From a virus (Duplodnaviria; Heunggongvirae; Uroviricota; Caudoviricetes), in IMG/VR virus record IMGVR_UViG_3300031555_010392, positions 64,001-125,944 of that record: a stretch of 61,944 nt of DNA; one strand, 5' to 3'. A program made the translations under genes and the position numbers. Of the stretch, positions 9,059 through 19,429 are shown piece after piece (position 1 is the first letter of the stretch; every line of letters starts with the position of its first letter). A model generated the notes under the pieces. That model searched no databases. It had not been told where the DNA came from and saw only the letters and a list, made by a program, of their open reading frames with translations.

Positions 9059-10923
9059 CAACTATCACAGTGCCAACCACACGAGAAATATCACAAAGAA
9101 AGCTTGAGACATATGCGCGTTACTGTCAAGTAATACAATGGGGGAGAAAATACCCCATACAATTTGCCGAGCGTTTTATGGGGCTGGAATTGTTAGATTT
9201 TCAGAAGTATATCATGCTCGGATCTTGGACAAAGGAATTTTTAGGCTGGCTTGTTTGTCGTAATGGAGGTAAAACAACTGAGGCTGGTATTTATACGATG
9301 CTGAGAAGCTTACTTTTGCCCTTTCATGCTACATATTTTTTAGGCAACACTGGTGAGCAGGCAAAAGAAGTTTTTAATAAGATTGAAAAGATAGCTAAAA
9401 ATGAAATTGAGTCCTTTGCTGGTTCAACCGAGTTCTTCATGGGAGAGCTTAAGCGTACTTCACAAGGGCTCAACGATGGTTTTAGCCACAATCCAGCGTC
9501 GTATAAATGTGAGCTGTTTAATGGGTCAAGCATCAACACATTGAATAGCGATATTATTAATATTAAAGGTAAACGTGCTCATTTAGTCGTGTTCGATGAA
9601 TCTGGTTGGTTTTCAGATGAGCTATTTGTTCAGGCTGAACAGTTTACTAACCAGGATCAAAACTTCAAAATGGGCGGCGGTATTGACTTAACGGAAGAGC
9701 CCTTAAATTTTCCAAGACAGTTGTTGTATTGCAGTTCTGCTTCAGATACAGAAAGTAGCTTTTATAAAAAGTTGCGCAATTATACGATTGAGATGCTTAA
9801 GGGGGACAATCGATACTTCGTTTGTAATCTGGATGTTGATATCGTAAGAAACTGCACAAAGAACGGAGATCCTTACCCTTCTTTGATTGCTCAATCTAAG
9901 ATTGACAATGCTATGCGTGATGACCCAGAAAGAGCAATGCGTGAGCTATATAACCGTTTTTCGTCTGAAAGCCACGAGGGCCAAATCCTTACTCGCAGAC
10001 ATTTAATGCAATATACAAAGCCTTATTTGCCTGAATATAAGAATAAGGGAGATAAGCTCTATTTGCTTTCCTGGGACTCTGCGCGACTAAACGACGGAAG
10101 TATTGTTGAAGCTGCAGAGTTAATTAATGATCCAAAAATCGGGTGGCGCATGGAACTGAAAAATATCAATGCGTTTGTTGATCCAAGCACAAAGAATAAG
10201 ACACCTATGCGCATGCAGGATCAGGTGAAAGGCTTCCAAAAGCTATTGCTGGATTACAATGGATCGGAGTTTGGCAAGCTCGACTATGAAAACATTGCCG
10301 GGGTAATGATCGACGCTGGTGCTGGTGGTCAACCATACAGTATTTGCGATAACCTTGTCCCTGACTTTGTCGGATTTGATGGGCAAAACCATCGAGGGAT
10401 CATTGATTCTAAGCATAAACTTAATGAAGCAGCTGTAAGAGACTTCCCTGATTCAGTGGATATTGTAACGATGCTGGATCCTCGTGCTCACAGAAATGAT
10501 CTATATAGAGCAATAGAGGATATGGTGAAATTAGGCGTTGTTTCTTTCCCAATGGCCTACGAGGGGAAAGACCAATATACCGAGATACAGAAAATAAAAA
10601 AGAAGGACTCAGATGGGAAGTACTACGAGGAAGAGATTGAAGTCATTCATGCTTTTACGGATGATGAAAAGATTTCGTTGATGCAAATTGAGCTGCTAAA
10701 GACTGAGCTGATCACTATGTGTAAGTACACAAATGGACAGACGGTTACTTATAACTTCCCACCTGATAAACGAAATAAGATGCACGATGACCGAATCTAC
10801 GCATTCGGTCTTTTATGTTGGAAATTAGCTCAGTTGAGGAGAGGGCAAACTTTGACGGCTGAAAAGAAAGAAGTCGATATTGATTCTATGCCTCTTTTGG
10901 TTAGTGAGCTTGAGTTCAACTAA
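9052..10923 (+). CDS. Terminase large subunit
   Basis: RNGGKT Walker A, VVFDESG Walker B, SWDSAR and DDRIYAF nuclease acidic residues. Confidence 0.92.
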   Translation: MLTTITVPTTREISQRKLETYARYCQVIQWGRKYPIQFAERFMGLELLDFQKYIMLGSWTKEFLGWLVCRNGGKTTEAGIYTMLRSLLLPFHATYFLGNTGEQAKEVFNKIEKIAKNEIESFAGSTEFFMGELKRTSQGLNDGFSHNPASYKCELFNGSSINTLNSDIINIKGKRAHLVVFDESGWFSDELFVQAEQFTNQDQNFKMGGGIDLTEEPLNFPRQLLYCSSASDTESSFYKKLRNYTIEMLKGDNRYFVCNLDVDIVRNCTKNGDPYPSLIAQSKIDNAMRDDPERAMRELYNRFSSESHEGQILTRRHLMQYTKPYLPEYKNKGDKLYLLSWDSARLNDGSIVEAAELINDPKIGWRMELKNINAFVDPSTKNKTPMRMQDQVKGFQKLLLDYNGSEFGKLDYENIAGVMIDAGAGGQPYSICDNLVPDFVGFDGQNHRGIIDSKHKLNEAAVRDFPDSVDIVTMLDPRAHRNDLYRAIEDMVKLGVVSFPMAYEGKDQYTEIQKIKKKDSDGKYYEEEIEVIHAFTDDEKISLMQIELLKTELITMCKYTNGQTVTYNFPPDKRNKMHDDRIYAFGLLCWKLAQLRRGQTLTAEKKEVDIDSMPLLVSELEFN

Positions 10924-10933
10924 TGAGAGTGAG

Positions 10934-11182
10934 ATGAGAACAATGTATGAAAATGCGGTTATTCCAACCGTAGTAGAAAAAGAGAATAAACGTCCACGGT
11001 TGTATTACTGCAAGTCTAAGCGCTACGCAAATTTTATGATTTCACATGGCTCGCAGATTGTGCAGATTCAAAATGATAAATTTAGGCCAGGATTCTTGGT
11101 CTTTGTCTTTCTGTGGGATGATGTGTGTGACGCCAACGCTCAAATCTGGGAAAACGGAGAAAGAAATACCTATATTGGATAA
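10934..11182 (+). CDS. Small hypothetical protein (DUF5659-like)
   Basis: Short ORF with an S....ANFM..HG...F.VFVF pattern between terL and portal. Confidence 0.5.
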   Translation: MRTMYENAVIPTVVEKENKRPRLYYCKSKRYANFMISHGSQIVQIQNDKFRPGFLVFVFLWDDVCDANAQIWENGERNTYIG

Positions 11183-11211
11183 TTCAATTTTGAGGAGGGA
11201 GGTGGTTAGGC

Positions 11212-12876
11212 ATGCCAAGAAAGAAAAAGAACTCTGGTGAAGAATTTGAAGTTGTTGTGCCTATGGCCGCTGCCTCTAATTCAATAAGCAAGCCTGAAGA
11301 TGTGCGCCATATCGATATGGAGCATTGGGAGATTGCAGCTGCAAATGAATATGATCCGTCCAATCGTGCGCAGTCAACGGTGCTTAATGATAGCTCAACG
11401 TCTTCTACAATCTCGCAAGACGATATTGATGATTACGCGACTGCACCTCAGGCCGATAAGCAAAAAACGATGGAAATAATCAACCTGATCAGGCAGTATA
11501 AGAACAAAGACGATTTGATTGGCCTTGTTGTCGAGGCTATTGAAAACAATGTAAATGCTCGCTATCGTCTTCATTGGCGTGATGCTAGGCATAAAGATGT
11601 TGATAAGAAAGCAAATGAAGAAGTTAAGAAGGCAATTGCTGAGTTTAATGAAAAGATTAATTTAAAGCAGTTGATCAGAGATTCTACGGCTGCGACCTAT
11701 CAAGATGGCAATTATATCATGTGTTTGCGCTCATATGGCAAGTCTCCTTCCGGGACAGATCTTTTACCGGATTATGTGGTAGATACTTATCCAATTGGCG
11801 TTGCTGAAATTAGTCAATATACCGTTGGCGGCGATCCTTATGTTTTAATTGATATGAATACCCTGAAGAGCCAAATTCGTAAGTCTTATACTAAGACGAA
11901 AAAGAATAAGGCTCTTTTTTATGAAAACGAAACTAAGGAAATCGAAGCAACTTTCCCCAAAGAAGTGGTTGATGCTTATAAAGCCGGTGAAAGATATGCC
12001 AAGTTGGATATTAAGTATACAGGCGTAGAGCGTATCAATAATGATAAGTTGCAATATGGTCTGTCTCCAATTTTTAGGGCTTTTACACCTATGACCATGC
12101 TTGAATTGTGCCGTAAGGCTGATCGTATGGCCTTACAGACCAGATCAAAGAAAATTGTTGCTCAGTATCTGAACAAGGAAATTCTTGGCCCCAATTGGAA
12201 TGCGGATACATATCGCCAGCAGGCGTATGCTCATAAAACTCTTCTTGCGGCTTGGGCTAACAATATCGTATTGGTGACAGCTCCTGCCACAGTGAGAGAA
12301 ATCGCTTATGTGGAACCCAAAGGCGAATTAACCAATATTGAAGTTACGAGTGATTATCGTAATCAGATTATGAGCACACTCGGCATTTCCTTCCTTGCTG
12401 ATGGGAATTCCAAGTCGCTAACGATTGCTAATCTCAGTGTTAAGCAGCTGATGAAGAATATCAATAAGATCACCAAGCAGTTGGAGACTATTCTTCATAA
12501 ATGGTATAAGGTAGTGCTGCAGGAAGCTGGTATGGATCCATCTTTGGCGCCAACGATTACTGTTATTGACGCCGAGATGCTTGAAATGGACTTGAGAATG
12601 GAATTGGCTGATATCCTATTTAGCAAATTCAACGCAAGCTATGAAACGGTATTTGAACTTATTGGCTATAACGTTGAAGATGAAAAGGCCAAACGTGAAA
12701 TTGAAAATGATGAGGGTTATGATCAGATTTTCACCCCACGTCAGACGGTTTATACAACCAATGGCAATTCTGGTGATGACAGTGGTGGCGATGGCCGCCC
12801 CGCAGATAAAGATAGCAATGACCCCGATAAGCAGGCTGACGACCAGCAAAGAAATAAGTCTAAAAAGGAATTATAA
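11212..12876 (+). CDS. Portal protein (YonE-like)
   Basis: 554 aa, directly after terminase; YGLSPIFRA motif and acidic C-terminal tail. Confidence 0.8.
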   Translation: MPRKKKNSGEEFEVVVPMAAASNSISKPEDVRHIDMEHWEIAAANEYDPSNRAQSTVLNDSSTSSTISQDDIDDYATAPQADKQKTMEIINLIRQYKNKDDLIGLVVEAIENNVNARYRLHWRDARHKDVDKKANEEVKKAIAEFNEKINLKQLIRDSTAATYQDGNYIMCLRSYGKSPSGTDLLPDYVVDTYPIGVAEISQYTVGGDPYVLIDMNTLKSQIRKSYTKTKKNKALFYENETKEIEATFPKEVVDAYKAGERYAKLDIKYTGVERINNDKLQYGLSPIFRAFTPMTMLELCRKADRMALQTRSKKIVAQYLNKEILGPNWNADTYRQQAYAHKTLLAAWANNIVLVTAPATVREIAYVEPKGELTNIEVTSDYRNQIMSTLGISFLADGNSKSLTIANLSVKQLMKNINKITKQLETILHKWYKVVLQEAGMDPSLAPTITVIDAEMLEMDLRMELADILFSKFNASYETVFELIGYNVEDEKAKREIENDEGYDQIFTPRQTVYTTNGNSGDDSGGDGRPADKDSNDPDKQADDQQRNKSKKEL

Positions 12877-12914
12877 GATGAATATTAACCTTGCCCAGAG
12901 AGGGGGTGAAATGG

Positions 12915-14504
12915 ATGGATGAGAAGAAAATGTTTGTTGCTGGCTCATATATTGAGATTGCAGAACACAAGAATTACCTGGAGCTAGAGAATCTTGTGTG
13001 CTATTATGATTACCCAAATGCCAATGGCTCACAGGTAAACTACGGCACAACTGATGAAGAAAAGGCTGCGACGCTTGAACGCGCGAAGACCTTATGTCTG
13101 ATGCCCGTATATGCTAAGTGTGCCGTCAATCGTAATGGTGACCCTACTTTTAAGGGGCATGAGATCTCAAGAGGGCCTAAAGGTGAGCTAAAATTTGATA
13201 CAGTTCCCATTGGCACTCATTACAGCGTGAAAATTAAAAAGCATAACATTGTGGCAGCGGATGGTACAGCACATCGTCTGCCATGTTTATTTTCTAAGCA
13301 AAGGATTTGGAAACGCAACAAGAATGCAGTTGCTGCAATCCAACGTTTGTTTGGAGAAGGAAAGCTTTTTAATTCTTATGAGATGGACGTCAGCCAATAC
13401 ACTTTTAAAGATGGCATTAAGCATCTTGAAGATTATTCATTCCTGGGCAACGCCTTTCTTGGGTATGAATATGCCACTCCTGCTTATGGAACTGGTGGAG
13501 GGTCACAGGTATTATCTGTTGCAAGCACTGAAGATGGTTTTAGTAATGCAGAATTGATGATAGCCGAAGCTCTCTATCAGGATAATTTGGAAAATGAAGA
13601 TACTTATTGTGAGGTGAACGAGATGCCTAATGAAGAATTTGAAGTTGTTGTTGAAGCCGTAGATGAAGTAGAAACTTCTGAGGAGGTCATTGAACAGCAG
13701 CTTGAAGAAGAAACTGTTGTTTCTGAAGAAAAGCCTTCTGAAGAGGCGGTGGAAGAAGCAAACGAAACAAGCGAAGTCGAGACTCAGCAGTTCGAAGAGG
13801 AGGAAGCAGAAGTTTCTGAAACTGAAGATAAGACAGAGGAAGAGCCCGTTCAGGATCCTGAACTGTCTGCACTGACTGACTACGATATTCGCAGGAAGCT
13901 TGAAGAAGCTCTCTATGCTTCTACCAAGGAGTATGTGTATTGTCGCCACATTTTCCCCGCAGATAACTGCGCATGGGTGAAAATGGACGCTGATCGCGCG
14001 GTTGGCGAATTGAATATGACAGAAGTTACCTACATGGTTGAGGGTGACAATGTTTCTATCATTTCTATGACGCCCATTACTTTGACTGCTTCTCCTCGCG
14101 AAATGGCTACTGTTTTGTCTGAGCGCGAGAAGAAGCTTTCTGAACTGGAAAACGAGTTGAGCGAGTTGAAAAAGATCAAAGAGTCTTATGACAATCTCGT
14201 TCTGGAGCAGGCAGAAGCAAAACATAAGCAGGAAGTTGCTGAATTGCGTAAGTATGTTCAGAATGCTGGCTGCTTTACGGAAGAAGAGCTTGCGGAAGAA
14301 AAAATGGCTAGTATGATCGAAAATCTGCAGATTGCAGAAGTAAAGGTCTTGATTGCCGATAAATTGATCGCTGCCAAAGTTGAAAAGGAGTCTGCAATTG
14401 AGCAGGCCTCTACGCCTACACCCAAGGTTGACTTGGGCTTTGAGGCTGAAAACGTGAAAAAGTCTCGCTCACGCCAGTGGGCGGATTTTATCTCAAAAAA
14501 GTGA
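12915..14504 (+). CDS. Prohead protease/scaffold protein (YonD-like)
   Basis: Located between portal and capsid; globular N-terminus, long Glu-rich linker and C-terminal coiled coil. RBS AGGGGGTG favours ATG 12915. Confidence 0.65.
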   Translation: MDEKKMFVAGSYIEIAEHKNYLELENLVCYYDYPNANGSQVNYGTTDEEKAATLERAKTLCLMPVYAKCAVNRNGDPTFKGHEISRGPKGELKFDTVPIGTHYSVKIKKHNIVAADGTAHRLPCLFSKQRIWKRNKNAVAAIQRLFGEGKLFNSYEMDVSQYTFKDGIKHLEDYSFLGNAFLGYEYATPAYGTGGGSQVLSVASTEDGFSNAELMIAEALYQDNLENEDTYCEVNEMPNEEFEVVVEAVDEVETSEEVIEQQLEEETVVSEEKPSEEAVEEANETSEVETQQFEEEEAEVSETEDKTEEEPVQDPELSALTDYDIRRKLEEALYASTKEYVYCRHIFPADNCAWVKMDADRAVGELNMTEVTYMVEGDNVSIISMTPITLTASPREMATVLSEREKKLSELENELSELKKIKESYDNLVLEQAEAKHKQEVAELRKYVQNAGCFTEEELAEEKMASMIENLQIAEVKVLIADKLIAAKVEKESAIEQASTPTPKVDLGFEAENVKKSRSRQWADFISKK

Positions 14505-14527
14505 TTTATTAAGGAGGGAAAACGACT

Positions 14528-14920
14528 ATGTTGAAATATGCAATTGTTGACATGATGAAGGGCATTCCTCAGGCTGTCGCCGAGACGGAAATGACTCGTG
14601 GTGCTGTACTGAATGGTGGTCTGTTCCTGGCTGATAAGGAGCGCAATCATGACGGTCTGGCTGCTGCCTACAATCTGAAGGAGAAGGAATTCGAGACCAT
14701 TAAGGTTGGCGAGATTTACAATCGTGTGCCTACTCGCGTTGGTGAGGAGTATTACACCACCGAGATTGAGGGTGCTGCTGGCATGACTGCTGGTGATGCT
14801 CTGAGCGCTGATGGCGCTAAGTTTGTTGCTGGCGAAGGCGCTGTAACTGGTTGGGAGTTTGTTGGTGAGTATGTCAATCCTTACGATCTGCCCATGTATC
14901 AGGTTCGTCGCGTAAAGTAA
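14528..14920 (+). CDS. Capsid decoration/cement-like protein (YonC-like)
   Basis: 130 aa, highly biased codon usage, immediately before the major capsid gene. Confidence 0.55.
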   Translation: MLKYAIVDMMKGIPQAVAETEMTRGAVLNGGLFLADKERNHDGLAAAYNLKEKEFETIKVGEIYNRVPTRVGEEYYTTEIEGAAGMTAGDALSADGAKFVAGEGAVTGWEFVGEYVNPYDLPMYQVRRVK

Positions 14921-14937
14921 TTTTATTTTTTAAACAG

Positions 14938-14966
14938 AGCAGTTAGTTGATGCTAACTGCTTTTTT
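14938..14966 (+). terminator. Terminator-like hairpin before the major capsid gene
   Basis: AGCAGTTAG/CTAACTGCT stem followed by TTTTT. Confidence 0.55.
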
Positions 14967-14992
14967 ATTTTGTTTTTAAGGAGGGAATAATA

Positions 14993-15991
14993 ATGGCTAT
15001 CGAAATTTCTGAAAAGATGAGCAAGCCCGGTGTTCTGACTGAGTGGGCTTCTGCTGTTGTGTATAAAAATTCTTTGACTGATGACCAGAAGGAAATTTCT
15101 GAGGTTATCGACGAGGCTGTTCGCAAGATTGGTGAAACTGGTCATGATCCGAATCATGAGATCGCTTCTCTGATTCAGAAGACTTTCACTGAGGAGAGCG
15201 TAAATGCTCCTTCTGAGCTGATTGGTCGCATGTTTGATGAATCTTCTATTGGCGAGTTTGACGATTTCTATATCGAAACCGAGCCTAAGAACACCATGAT
15301 GGCTTATGAGGCTACCAATGGCGGCAACGTTCCTGCTTCTTATATTGAGCATAACTTCATGAAGCCCACTTGGATGAACCTTCAGGCTGAGACTTACATC
15401 AACATGTCTGACATGCGCCGTGGCGGCTATCATACTGTCGCTAAGCACATTGAGTTTATTAATGAGTGCTTTGAGAATCGTCGTGTGGCTGCTCTGATGA
15501 ACGTGATCAACAACGCTATTACTGCCGATATGCCCGGTTATGTTGCCGAGACTGAGGCTCTGCCTGGTGAAGCTGCCATGGATGAGCTGGCCCTTTATCT
15601 GCATGATAAGGTTGCCGATGGCGAAGTGTTTATGTTTATGCTGAACCGTTATCGTCAGGCTGCTTCTAAGCTGGCTCAGGCTCAGCGTTGGCCCACTGAA
15701 GGCGATAAGAATATGTACAACCGTGAAGGTTTCCTGAATGCTTATGCTGGCGTTCCCATGCTGGGCTTCTCCGGTCAGAAGCGTCTGGCTGATGGAACTC
15801 TGATCGTGCCTGATAAGACCATCTTTGGTGTTGCTGGTAAGGTCGGCTCTGCTGTGACCCGTGGCTCTGCTCGTGTTCTGGAAGAGGAAGATATCAATTC
15901 TGAGAAGATTCATGTGAAGGTGGCTGGTTTCACCTTTGGTTATGCAATCACTGATATTTCTAAGATCGGTAAGATCGTCATGGCGAAGTAA
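14993..15991 (+). CDS. Major capsid protein (YonB-like)
   Basis: 332 aa, strongest codon bias, position in the head module, HK97-like C-terminal pattern. Confidence 0.8.
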   Translation: MAIEISEKMSKPGVLTEWASAVVYKNSLTDDQKEISEVIDEAVRKIGETGHDPNHEIASLIQKTFTEESVNAPSELIGRMFDESSIGEFDDFYIETEPKNTMMAYEATNGGNVPASYIEHNFMKPTWMNLQAETYINMSDMRRGGYHTVAKHIEFINECFENRRVAALMNVINNAITADMPGYVAETEALPGEAAMDELALYLHDKVADGEVFMFMLNRYRQAASKLAQAQRWPTEGDKNMYNREGFLNAYAGVPMLGFSGQKRLADGTLIVPDKTIFGVAGKVGSAVTRGSARVLEEEDINSEKIHVKVAGFTFGYAITDISKIGKIVMAK

Positions 15992-16037
15992 GAAAGGCGA
16001 ATGTCCATTTGATTGGATGATGAGAAAATTGAAATTG

Positions 16038-16068
16038 GTGGCGGTTTAGTTTTATATTAAACCGCCAC
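16038..16068 (+). terminator. Hairpin after the capsid gene
   Basis: GTGGCGGTTTAG/TTAAACCGCCAC 12 bp stem. Confidence 0.55.
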
Positions 16069-16090
16069 TTATTAAAGGAGCAGATAATAT

Positions 16091-16807
16091 ATGAGTTTTG
16101 ATAAAGAAATGGTACGAGTGTTTAATTATGGTCTTTGCAGTATTGCTGTTAAGACCAACGAACGAAGCGTCTTGATTAAGGGCACTGATGACCCTAATTT
16201 CCCGACAATGGAGTCTTTCTCTTTGAAAGAATTGGAGTATGTTAATGCACATAGCCCTGTTCTTCGTAGCGGTATGCTTGAATTTGATGAAGAAGAGCGA
16301 ACTGATATTTACAAAGCTCTTCATATTAAGGATTGGGAGACCGCCTGCATTTTTGAAAGCGAAATTGATGAGATTCTTACGACTCCGACTATTGCTGCTA
16401 TGCAACGTGTTACAGAGGTCAAGGATTTGCCGACCATTGATCGCATTTTTGCGCATATGAAGAGGTTGATTAAAACAAATCAGGCTGATGTATCCAGCAG
16501 AGTCCAAAAAGTGGTTATGACCAGACGTGACGAGTTGCGCGAAAACATTCTTAATTCACGCATTCAGCTTGTCCCCAAGAAGGTTGATCCTGTTGATGCC
16601 ATTTCACAGGAAGCTCTTGATAAGATGGTTCAGGATAAGGTTGCGGCTGCTTTGGCTTCTATGGCAGCTCCAGTAACTACAAATACAGAAGCGGCTCCTG
16701 TTATTGAAGAGGTGCCGCCTGTTGTAGAAACGAAGCCTGTTCAGGAGACAAAGCCTGTTAAGCCCAAGAAGACCACTCGCACTAGTTCAAAAACCGCTCC
16801 TAAGTAA
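16091..16807 (+). CDS. Head morphogenesis hypothetical protein (YonA-like)
   Basis: 238 aa with a low-complexity Pro/Lys/Thr C-terminus; follows the capsid gene. Confidence 0.5.
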   Translation: MSFDKEMVRVFNYGLCSIAVKTNERSVLIKGTDDPNFPTMESFSLKELEYVNAHSPVLRSGMLEFDEEERTDIYKALHIKDWETACIFESEIDEILTTPTIAAMQRVTEVKDLPTIDRIFAHMKRLIKTNQADVSSRVQKVVMTRRDELRENILNSRIQLVPKKVDPVDAISQEALDKMVQDKVAAALASMAAPVTTNTEAAPVIEEVPPVVETKPVQETKPVKPKKTTRTSSKTAPK

Positions 16808-16829
16808 AAACGAACGGAGGTGATCGCGA

Positions 16830-17333
16830 GTGACGGATCGTTTAGCTGATGTCTACGAGGCGTTTTATGACAAAATCGAGTTGGACTCAGAATATTTTCA
16901 GTATTTTGATGTAGATGAGATCGAGGCAATGAAAATTGCCCAAGAGCGTGCGCGGTCGTATCTCCGAGAAGCGTGCAGTTATTTAAGACGTCATGTAACT
17001 TTAGATTTCAGTCTTAGAATTGAAAAAGATGAGACGGGTGAAGAACATTTTGCTGCATCTATAACTGATGACGAGGTGGATCTCTTGGCGGCAATTATGC
17101 TTGTGCCTTACTATGAAAGAGGTCTAGCAAAATTGCGGCCAAAGCTTAACACTTTTTCAGCTAGTGAGTTGAAATTGCTGCATTCACCGGCCAATGAACG
17201 CCAGACATATTTAGCTCTAATTGAGAATCAAAGGGCTAATATTAACTTTTTAATTGCTGACTATTACGCCAAAGATCGTTTGACAGGCGCAGAAAAAATG
17301 ATCAGTACAACTATACCGGAGGATTCAGAGTAG
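16830..17333 (+). CDS. Putative head-tail adaptor
   Basis: Size, helical composition and position. Confidence 0.45.
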   Translation: MTDRLADVYEAFYDKIELDSEYFQYFDVDEIEAMKIAQERARSYLREACSYLRRHVTLDFSLRIEKDETGEEHFAASITDDEVDLLAAIMLVPYYERGLAKLRPKLNTFSASELKLLHSPANERQTYLALIENQRANINFLIADYYAKDRLTGAEKMISTTIPEDSE

Positions 17334-18133
17334 TGAAGCATGATATCAGCTATTATAGAAAAATCCACGGTACATATGGCGTTTCAAGCGTTAAAGAAGC
17401 ACAAATTCGATCTATAAGGCAAAATGTAACCGGCTCATTTCAAAACACAATCAATTGGGAACAGGTTTTTGTAAATCACTCGACCGACGAGCAAGATTTA
17501 GAAATAATTCCTACCATTGATATTTATACTAAGAAATTTAAAACCAGACCAAGTGAAGTGATGCGTCTTGGGGATTTAATCGAATGGCGCGACGCTTTGT
17601 GGATTGTTAATACTTTAGATGCTGATAATCAAATCAATTATCAGGGAACTATGGTCCAATGCAATCTTTGTCTGCGCTGGCAGCTTGAAGACGGCACAAT
17701 CCATGAAGAATTTGGCTGGGATAAAGACGCAAGCAAATATTCTTATGGTGAAGACCGCGGTAATTATATGGATACTGCGCAATTCACAATGAAGGTGATT
17801 GTTCAGGTCAATGAACAGACACTTTCAATACGAAGAAATAAGAGATTTTTAATTGGTCCATTTGGTGTGGGCTTTACACCTCTTGCGGTAGAGGTATCTC
17901 GAATAAACGGAGTTACCAATACTTACAAATACAAAGAGGGTACAGAGCAATATGAATCTGGCTTGTTGGAGTTTACACTTCACGAAACACAGTTCTATCC
18001 AGATCGTGATAATGCTGAATTAGGTATTGCTGATTATTTTGTCATTGGGAAAGATAGTTCTGTCCCCGAGCCTGCTCCAGAGAAAACATCGCCTCCAAAA
18101 TCTGTTGTGAGTGAAGGGGGAGAGTGGTTTTAA
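17333..18133 (+). CDS. Putative head-closure protein
   Basis: Beta-rich (GDLIEWRDALWIV); position in the neck module. Confidence 0.45.
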   Translation: MKHDISYYRKIHGTYGVSSVKEAQIRSIRQNVTGSFQNTINWEQVFVNHSTDEQDLEIIPTIDIYTKKFKTRPSEVMRLGDLIEWRDALWIVNTLDADNQINYQGTMVQCNLCLRWQLEDGTIHEEFGWDKDASKYSYGEDRGNYMDTAQFTMKVIVQVNEQTLSIRRNKRFLIGPFGVGFTPLAVEVSRINGVTNTYKYKEGTEQYESGLLEFTLHETQFYPDRDNAELGIADYFVIGKDSSVPEPAPEKTSPPKSVVSEGGEWF

Positions 18134-18645
18134 TGGGCAATAATTTAAATGTAATTAGCGATATGAAACAGGTGATTTTACGCTCAATTTTATCTGATGA
18201 GGATGTCGTAAAGCTTCTTAGAGATAATTATGATGTTCAAACACCAGACATGGGCTTGCGTTACACTCAAGTGTTTCCTTGGATGCGAACGCTTGACACA
18301 GTTGAAGAAGCTAAAAGTTTTGTGACTTTTGAGGTCTCTGTAACCGGCATCCAAAATTGCGCAGTTCGAGAATTTGAATTGCGCATTTATATTATGACCC
18401 ATCAAAGCTTAATGCTTATTAACGGTGAGGTATGTGGGAATTTGGGCTTAGATCCGTCTGACTGCGGCACAAGAATTGATGTTTTGGCAGATAAAATTGA
18501 TTATTTGCTGAACGGAAGTGAAGAAATGGGATTTGGCAAAATGGAGCTTGTAACTTCGCCCCCATTTACCCCAGCAGAAAAATTTCTTGGGCGCATGTTG
18601 GTTTATCACGTTGAGGGATGGAATCGTTGGGGTGAAAAGTTGTAA
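18124..18645 (+). CDS. Putative tail terminator/neck protein
   Basis: Position; RIDVLADKIDYLLNG pattern. Confidence 0.45.
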   Translation: MVLMGNNLNVISDMKQVILRSILSDEDVVKLLRDNYDVQTPDMGLRYTQVFPWMRTLDTVEEAKSFVTFEVSVTGIQNCAVREFELRIYIMTHQSLMLINGEVCGNLGLDPSDCGTRIDVLADKIDYLLNGSEEMGFGKMELVTSPPFTPAEKFLGRMLVYHVEGWNRWGEKL

Positions 18646-19394
18646 TGGATCTTTTGAAGCTATATGAGATTGATCAGTTGCAACTTTACTTTGGCAACGA
18701 TTTTAAAATCAATGAGCATTTAATCATCCGCCAGCCGACAATTGGAGATATTGTTGATATGGGGGAGCGTAACTATTTTTCAATGGTGCATACATTGACT
18801 GCCATACCATCTGATCTGATTGCTCAGCTTTCTGTCATTGGTCTTGACTGGAACAAAGTCGAGGACTTTGAATTATTTTCGATGCTGATTACTTCAATGG
18901 ATATTGATGAAACTCGCGTTTTGTTTGGGAACTTGGATTTTTCAAAATTCCGTGTCGTACCAATAGAAGGTGAACGACGCCATATTCTTCATCATGAAGA
19001 ACTCGATTTTGATATGGACGAGCTTATGTATGGAGCTATGGCTCGATATCTTTGCATGATGCACGGAATTAAGAAAAAACCACAGTATGCCGGTAACGAA
19101 GCAACCAAACAAATGATGATTGAAATGGCTATTGAAGATATGGAACGCGCCAAAAAGAAGCCATACGTATCACAATTAAAATCGCTTATTTCTACAATGG
19201 TGAATAGTGCCGGATTTAAGTACAACATTGAACAAGTGCGGGATATGAAGTTATGCCAGTTTATGGACAGTGTGTCTAGAATTCAAATTATATCTTCAGC
19301 AACGGCATTGCTGCATGGCTGTTATTCCGGCATGATTGACACCAAGAAAATTGATAAAGACGGTTTAAACACCATGAAGGACATCGATGTGTAA
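18645..19394 (+). CDS. Conserved phage tail-module hypothetical protein
   Basis: 249 aa ORF translationally coupled to the previous gene. Confidence 0.5.
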   Translation: MDLLKLYEIDQLQLYFGNDFKINEHLIIRQPTIGDIVDMGERNYFSMVHTLTAIPSDLIAQLSVIGLDWNKVEDFELFSMLITSMDIDETRVLFGNLDFSKFRVVPIEGERRHILHHEELDFDMDELMYGAMARYLCMMHGIKKKPQYAGNEATKQMMIEMAIEDMERAKKKPYVSQLKSLISTMVNSAGFKYNIEQVRDMKLCQFMDSVSRIQIISSATALLHGCYSGMIDTKKIDKDGLNTMKDIDV

Positions 19395-19429
19395 TCGGTG
19401 TTTTTCTTTTTAATAAGGAGGAATGAATA

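Noticed and set aside
14930-15913. Long antisense ORFs (also 19322-20158, 46336-47583, 44763-45815, 13512-14225)
   Set aside because: These are shadows of strongly codon-biased structural genes, with no RBS and no protein-like motifs.
6471-16030. Repeated GATGAGAAAATT at ~6471 and ~16019 as a late-promoter motif
   Set aside because: Only two copies of an AT-rich 12-mer, not found by eye at other intergenic sites; insufficient evidence.
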